A stretch of DNA of 64,000 bases from NCBI RefSeq assembly GCF_009914755.1, contig NC_060928.1; one strand, given 5' to 3'. The position numbers were made by a program, and so were the translations under genes. The DNA is from the human T2T-CHM13v2.0 reference genome, Homo sapiens. Below, one piece after another: positions 55,682 to 64,000 of this stretch. The stretch's first letter is position 1. Every line of letters starts with the position of its first letter. Below the pieces are notes generated by a model. The model had not been told where the DNA came from. It worked only from the letters and a program-made list of their open reading frames with translations, and searched no databases.

Positions 55682-56002
<321 letters not shown>

Positions 56003-56892
56003 TTAACAGAATTCTGAACATGTGGTCCAAATACAATGGTGGAAGCTTAATAGTAAGAAATGAGTTAGTCCAAGATCACTAAAGGGCTCTTGTAATTCTT
56101 GATTCTTTGGACTGAAAGAGGAACATCTGGACCACAGCAGGAAGTGAGAGCTTGGAAAATATCCTCTCAGGAGCATGGTGGAGATTGGCAGTGTTTCAGA
56201 GCAGGAGAGGGCTGTTGGAAACCATCTGATTGACAATATGTAATAACTTCTTAATAGCATCCCTGCACCTCATCATTTTATCATCTACTCTTTAGCCAAA
56301 TTTGTCTTCCTAAAACTGGAAGTCTGGTTATGTAATTTCCTGATTTAAAATCTTCCACCTAAACATTAAAGTAATACCCAAACATTTTAAATGGCCCATA
56401 AAGCCCTTCAAGCTATTGTTGCCTTCTGCTTAATCCTCCAGCCTCACCTCATTCGGTTGCCACTCCCTGTATTGAGCCTTTTGTTCAACCTGCACATAAT
56501 CATTTAGATATCATTATAGTTCCTATAATTTGCCACACATTCTCTTCACACATTTAAATATGCTGTTCTTCTGGCTTCAAATAATTATTTCCCCCATGAA
56601 ATGACCTCCCCTCTTCTCCCCTACTTTGATCTATAAACAACTACTATCTTCATTTTCCAACTTGGATTTGCTGACTATCCATGACCTAGAGACTTGGTCA
56701 GGCACATCTTTCACATGCTCCAAGAAAGCCCTGTGTTCCTCCCATCATAGATTGCACTGTAAGTCCATCTGTAATTATCTGTGTCTTTACTAAATTATAG
56801 GCTCTGGGCGGGCAGGAACCAGGCTTTTCCTGCTCATCACTGTCTTCCCAGTATGTAGCACAATGCTTGGGCTCAACACTTGACTTAAGTTG

Positions 56893-57185
56893 GTTTTTTG
56901 AGACAGGATCTTTTTCTGTTGCCCAGGCTGGAGTGCAGTGGCACAAACGTGGCTCACTGCAGCCTTGACCTCTTGGTCTCAAATAATCCTTCTGCCTCAG
57001 CCTCCCATGTAGCTGGGACCACAGGTGCACACCACCACTCCTGGCTATTGTGTTTGTTTGTTCTTTGTAGAGACAAGGTGTCACTTTGTTGCTCAAGCTG
57101 GTCTTGAATGCCTGGGTTCAAGCAATCCTCCTGCCTCAACCTCCCAAAGTGCTGGGATTACAGGCATAAGCCATTGTGCCCAGCT
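56893..57185 (-). mobile_element. Alu (AluJ-like)
   Basis: Antisense dimer, inside L2-like sequence. Confidence 0.92.
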
Positions 57186-58509
57186 TGAATTAAAATTTAA
57201 TACATTCATACAATACTTCAGGTATCAGAGACATAAAAGATTTTTTTAATTCATGATCCCTCATCCTCCAGCTTGTGTATAGGAGAACACTCCCTCCTGG
57301 AGATCTTAAATAGTTTTCCTTAACTCATATATTTCATTAGTGCTTAGTGAATATAAATCTCGGTCCAAAAATTCAGATGTGCAAAAAAACCCGTTGTTTT
57401 ATTTTCTAAAAATTATCTTAACTATCAACTTAAATCTAAATTCCCCTGAGATGGCAAGGCACTCAACCTCAGGGTTCTATGGGCTTTCTCTGTGGAGCAA
57501 TTGCAAAGTCTATGGAGTCTTAACAGTCTAATTTTTTTAAGTCATGCTTTCAGGCTTCCATATCGCCTTTTCCATAGTCCTCCTAACCAGCCAGCTCTGC
57601 AGCTTTCCTATCATGCTTGGCTCTCACCTCTTTGGAGAAGATGGGTATACTGAAGCTTAGAGTCCCACCTGTCATAATGCATCACTCTATCAGCTCTTCT
57701 GAGGCCTGGCCACCTCCTCAGAGCACTGCCCTAGAGCAATGTCAAATTCCAGCTGATCTTTTCTCCATTCCCTCCCAATTGGAAGCCTCAGAATATATTA
57801 TGTTTAATATTGAATAAATTGTTATTTCCCTTTTCACGTTTCTCATAGAAGAATTCTTTCTCCTCATTCCCTTCTCTTTAAGGCACTTAGACTTCAGGTC
57901 ACAAAAGCCAAAAAAGAAACTGAACTGAAGACAATTTTAGCTTTCTAATTTGGTTAGTTGGAATTTTTCTGGTAGCAGGTGAACATACCCCCAACTCATA
58001 CGGCCTTATGCATAAACAAAAATGAATTGGTGACAGCACTGAGAATGTCAAGGTATAGTTTTGGCTCCCAGCAAGCTGGGTTTCAGGGCTCAAATTAGGT
58101 CATCAGGGTTGGGTTTTCCTCTATGGGTTTTGGCTTCATTCTTCTTATTAAATTTATTCTCTGAGCGATTCTCCAATCATTATCTCCGGTTACACTGCCA
58201 TCTTAGCTTCAAGTCCATTAAGGAAGAGAATGAGTCTCCTTTCTAGAACAACCATAAAAATGAACTTTATTGGCACTTATTTGACTTCGATTGGATCACA
58301 TTTTCACCCCTGAGCTCAATGACCAAGGTAATATGATGCACTGAGTGAGTTAAATCCAGGTCCCATACTTTACACTGGAGCTGGGGATGGGAGTTACCCA
58401 AAGCATATGGGCTGAGAGGGGAATAGTGTCCTGAGGAAAAATGAATATGATTACTGAAAATGGGAGAAATTAATCTAGATTGCATACAAAAATAATGTAT
58501 TTTCTTACA

Positions 58510-59013
58510 GATAGTTTCAATAATTAGGTGCCAACAGTTCCTCTCTTCCCTGGGTGCACATGCTACTCATCCCATCAAGAGGTGGAGTCCGTTTTCCCTC
58601 CCTTTGAATAAGGCTGGCTTTGTGACTTGCTTTGCCTAATAGAATGCAGCACAGGTAGCCCAAGTGGGAGCTTTCGGGCTTATTAAGGGCTAATCCTCAA
58701 ACTTCAGAGCTCTCTTAAATCCTTGAGCCTCTAGGTAAAATATCCAGGACATCCTGATAGAGGAGCTATGTGGAATTACACACCATGTAGAGAATGAAGT
58801 GACTCAGAATTAAGGCCCCAAAAGTGAGAGAGGCCTGCTTGGACCTCCCAGCTCAGTAGAGTTATCAACTGAGCGCAGTCATTACAGACCCCAGCCAACC
58901 CCACATGGCGAGAGGAACAACTACCCAGCCAATCAGTCCTGAGAAATAGTAAGTCACTATTATTTTAAGTCAACAAGTTTTGGGGTGGTTCCACATCAAA
59001 ATGCAACTGATAT
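58510..59013 (+). mobile_element. MLT1 (G/H-like) MaLR LTR
   Basis: cccatcaagaggtggagtc...tgtgacttgctttgcctaatagaatg...ttttaagtcaacaagttttggggtggtt. Confidence 0.75.
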
Positions 59014-59889
59014 ACTGTTTTACCCTCTGAGAGAAAACTCCACAAGATGAGGAAACACAGAACCTGTCACCTGCTAAAAGGAGAAGGAGAAAACCAGCAG
59101 CCTTAGTGCTATTTATCAACCCACTCTACTTGTAAGCACCCTGGCCTCTGTCTCCTAATTCAGTGCTCTTACCACTATGGTTCACTGTCATCCAAAAAAT
59201 TGTGCCTTAATATTCAGAAAAGCATATACACTTGCTAAGTGTGAATAGAATTGGACAAAAAGGTGCATGGGCAATTTAGATTCTGACAAAAGAATAAATT
59301 AGAGAGCTAATAGGAGACAGAAATCTTTCAAGGAAAAGAAACTGGACTGTAGTGTGACAAACATTGTAAAACTGATTTGATTATTTGTACTGGTCACAGC
59401 CAACTGCTAAAATTATATGGTGGTTTATCTTACAGCAAAACAGTTGTGAAGTTTAAACCCCTGTTATCATCGTTATTTCTCTTTTGCTTCATTAATCCTT
59501 AAATTATATGAAAAAAGCTTCAAGCTTTACTAATGAATCACTTCAAAGAATGAAAGATGTCTTATCTGTTGGCTGTAATGATGTTAAAAATTACATTGAC
59601 TAAAGAATAGCACTTAACTTATTAAATAACTTTTATATATGAAAGGCCTTGTTCATTTCAGGGACAGTAAGATACTAAGGCTAAGATTGTTCAGAGTTTG
59701 GAAAATGTGACTTTAAAAATAGAATATTTTGAATCCTTACACTTAAATATACTTAAGTTTTTTTGGTCAATTTTGAAAAGTTCTTGATGATTACAATAAA
59801 GTCTCAGTAGTCTACTCTGTAATTACATTCAATCTGTGAAAATTACATAATTTAAACATCCATCTCTGAAAATAAAACTGGTCCTAGTT

Positions 59890-61265
<1,376 letters not shown>

Positions 61266-61919
61266 ATAGGGGAAAAACTAGTTCTAGTTAAACTACAAAA
61301 AGATCAGGTCAAGAATGGTTAGAGATTGGGAAAAAGAATGAGAATAGAGCAAATGTGGAGGTGAGAATAGATGGGATGGGGTAATTATAAAGGTTAATAA
61401 AAGATAAAGCTATAAAGCAAGGGAGAGGTGTGTATACATGATTTCTCTCCTCACAACATTATGATTTGCCCTCTTTGCTACAAATTCTGTTACTTCATTG
61501 TGGTGTCATTCAATCTCATCTTGGATAAAAACCAATGTTAACATTCTTTCAATAAACTTATTTCCTTAAGCTTTGAAAAGCAAAATAAGAAGAGACAAAC
61601 AAAAAAAGTCAGTTAAATTTGAATTATCAAACACCATGGAATGTATGTATATGGTATTATAAATTATCCCAGTGAGCAAATATGAAGAGCACATTTATGG
61701 TAATAACAAAGTATAGATCCAGAACTACAACAACAAATTATAGGTCTAAAAGGACAGATAAGAAAGCATTAATCAAGCCCTCATATGGGCATTGTTTAAA
61801 GATAGAGTTAATAATAAAATCAGTACTATCCTTGATTCTCAGCAAACCATCAATAAATGCCCTTCCAGAGTTTCTCAATTTTATTTCCAATTTTATCACA
61901 AAATAAGTTTTATTTTTGT

Positions 61920-62240
61920 TTTATTATTTTTATTATTATTATTATCATTATTATTATTATGGAGATAAGATCCCATTCTGTCACCCATGCTGGAGTACTG
62001 TGGTGTGATCACAGCTCACTGCAGGCTTGACCTCCAGGGTTCAAGCAGTCTTCCCACCTCAACCTCTTATGTAGCCGGAACTACAGGCATATGCCATCAT
62101 GCTCAGTGATTTCTTTTTAGAGAGAGAGAGATAGGGTCTCACTATATTGCCCAGATTAGTCTCAAACTCCTGGACTCAAGCAATCCTCCTGCCTTGGCTT
62201 CCCAAAGTGCTGGGATTACAGGTCTGAGCCACATGACCCA
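61920..62240 (-). mobile_element. Alu (AluJ-like)
   Basis: (TTA)n tail then antisense dimer. Confidence 0.9.
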
Positions 62241-63664
62241 GATAATTTTTAAAATTATTTGTATTATCATCAATATATATCATTTTTAAAAGACGAAGAC
62301 CTTCTTCATTCCTTTTAACTGGGCCACTACAATTTAGCAATTAAGAAAACCCCCTAGAATACAAGTATGTTGATTTACATATCTACTCAGGCTGGTAAAT
62401 TTTAAAACTGCCAGTATCAAGACTACCCAATCATATAATTTTTTAATTTTTCTCACAGTAGTGTTGTCACTAAAGTGACATTTTCCTTAAGCTAAGATTC
62501 ATAATGCAAAAGTTATAGAAAACTCTTCGCTGTATTGTGTAATACCAACTATATGGTGCCATATAGTTAGGAACAAAGACAAATTAAAATAAACATAATT
62601 TGTGATTTTTAAAAAAATGTCTACAGCTCCTAATCTTTGCTGCTAATATCAGGGTACTGCCAAGAAACTGACTCAGACATGGCGAATTTAAGCTTTAGTA
62701 AAGAAATCTAACCCCAAGTCAGCAAATGGAAAAACATTCATCTGTCTTAGGAATATCCCATTCCATATAAAGAAAAGAGTCACACTCTTAAAATATTCAG
62801 CACATTTAAAATTATTTTTAAATATATGACTAATGCAAATAATTGCTTACTATAAGATGGAAATGAACTATAAAATCAGTAGCTTTTTACCAAATGATCT
62901 ATGCAAATTTTAGAGAACTTTTAGATAAAACTAGCAGTGGAGAAAAAAATGAGAACATAAAAATCCATTAAGAAAATAATTAAACTAGGGAAAGATAAAA
63001 ACAATTATAGAATATATCTTATTTCTGATTAAAGCAGAACTATTATGAAATTAGATCATTATAATTTGGCAACCATCATAGTAATAATGGATTCCAAAAG
63101 AATCATCAGCATATGCTAAAACTAACTGGATGAAAGTCAGATGAGTAATAGAATATTTATGTACTTTCGTTTCAAATGATCTCTCAGAATGCACTCATTA
63201 ATTACAAAAGAAACAATACAACTTTACATGGGGACAAAGAAGGACACCAAATTAATGAAGTGATCAAAGTTAATATCACTGGCAATTGGACAATCCGACA
63301 TTATGCACCTCCTGATGGGAAGCATGGGAAACACAACATGTTTCTGCAACGTTCCTGCCAAAAATCCGTGAGTTGAATCTAGTCATGTTGAAGTGCCTCA
63401 GAAAGCATGTTTAAGGACGTTCTCTGAACTAGCTTGCCTACTGTATATTCTTCAAAAGTATAAAGACTATGAAAACAAACCAACAAAAAACCCTGGGGAA
63501 TGTTGCATACTCTAGCAAACCAAAAAGACGTGCAACTGAGAACCACTTATGATCCAACAATTTCTTTTCCTACAAAGGACATTATTGGGACAATTGGCAA
63601 AATGGGAATGTCTTTAGATGAGATAATAATATCAATGCTTTTTCCTGATTTTGATCATTCTACT

Positions 63665-63808
63665 TTATTTTACTTATTTATTCATTTTTTGGAAATAGGG
63701 GTCTCACTAATGTTGCCCAGCCTGTATTGGAACTCCTGGGCTCAAAGGATCTTCCTGCCTCAGCTTCCTGAGTAGCTGTGACTGCAGGCATATACCACTG
63801 CACCTGGC
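63665..63808 (-). mobile_element. Alu monomer (FLAM-like) within old L1ME-like sequence
   Basis: Single antisense arm ggtctcactaatgttgcccag...actgcacctggc. Confidence 0.8.
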
Positions 63809-64000
63809 TTGATAATTATACTTTAGTTCTCTGACAAAATGTCTTTGATTTTAGAAAATATTCACTAAAATATTTAGGAGTAAAGGATCATCAAGTCTGC
63901 TACTTAATTTCAAAGACAAAAGAGTATGTAAAGGGAAAATTGTACTCTGTGTGTGTTATATGTATGTGTGTAATATTACATATATACCTACATAAAAGAG

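Overview
Primate (human-like) genomic DNA, AT-rich and dominated by repeats: about 24 Alu copies, old L1M and younger L1PA pieces, MaLR solo LTRs, a MER4-group ERV remnant, Tigger1, MER5A, MIR and L2. The non-repeat signal points to the 5' end of a minus-strand gene that I cannot name from sequence alone. A CpG island (~35.6-37.1 kb) holds a first exon ending GCC-ATG-G|GTGAGT. About 31 kb downstream, a second candidate first exon ends ATG-CCT-ACA-CTT-G|GTAAGA in the same splice phase; I found no convincing common exon 2 in the window, so it would lie left of position 1. About 9-12 kb upstream of the island is a heavily decayed, intronless MARK2 kinase retrocopy, split by an L1 3' end. None of the supplied long ORFs looks like a real gene. 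I see no evidence of a new biological system. The most interesting leads are the phase-matched alternative first exons, the MARK2 retrocopy architecture and several small rearrangement footprints (twin-primed L1s, a template-switch palindrome, duplications). Repeat subfamily calls are by eye from remembered consensus sequences and boundaries are approximate.
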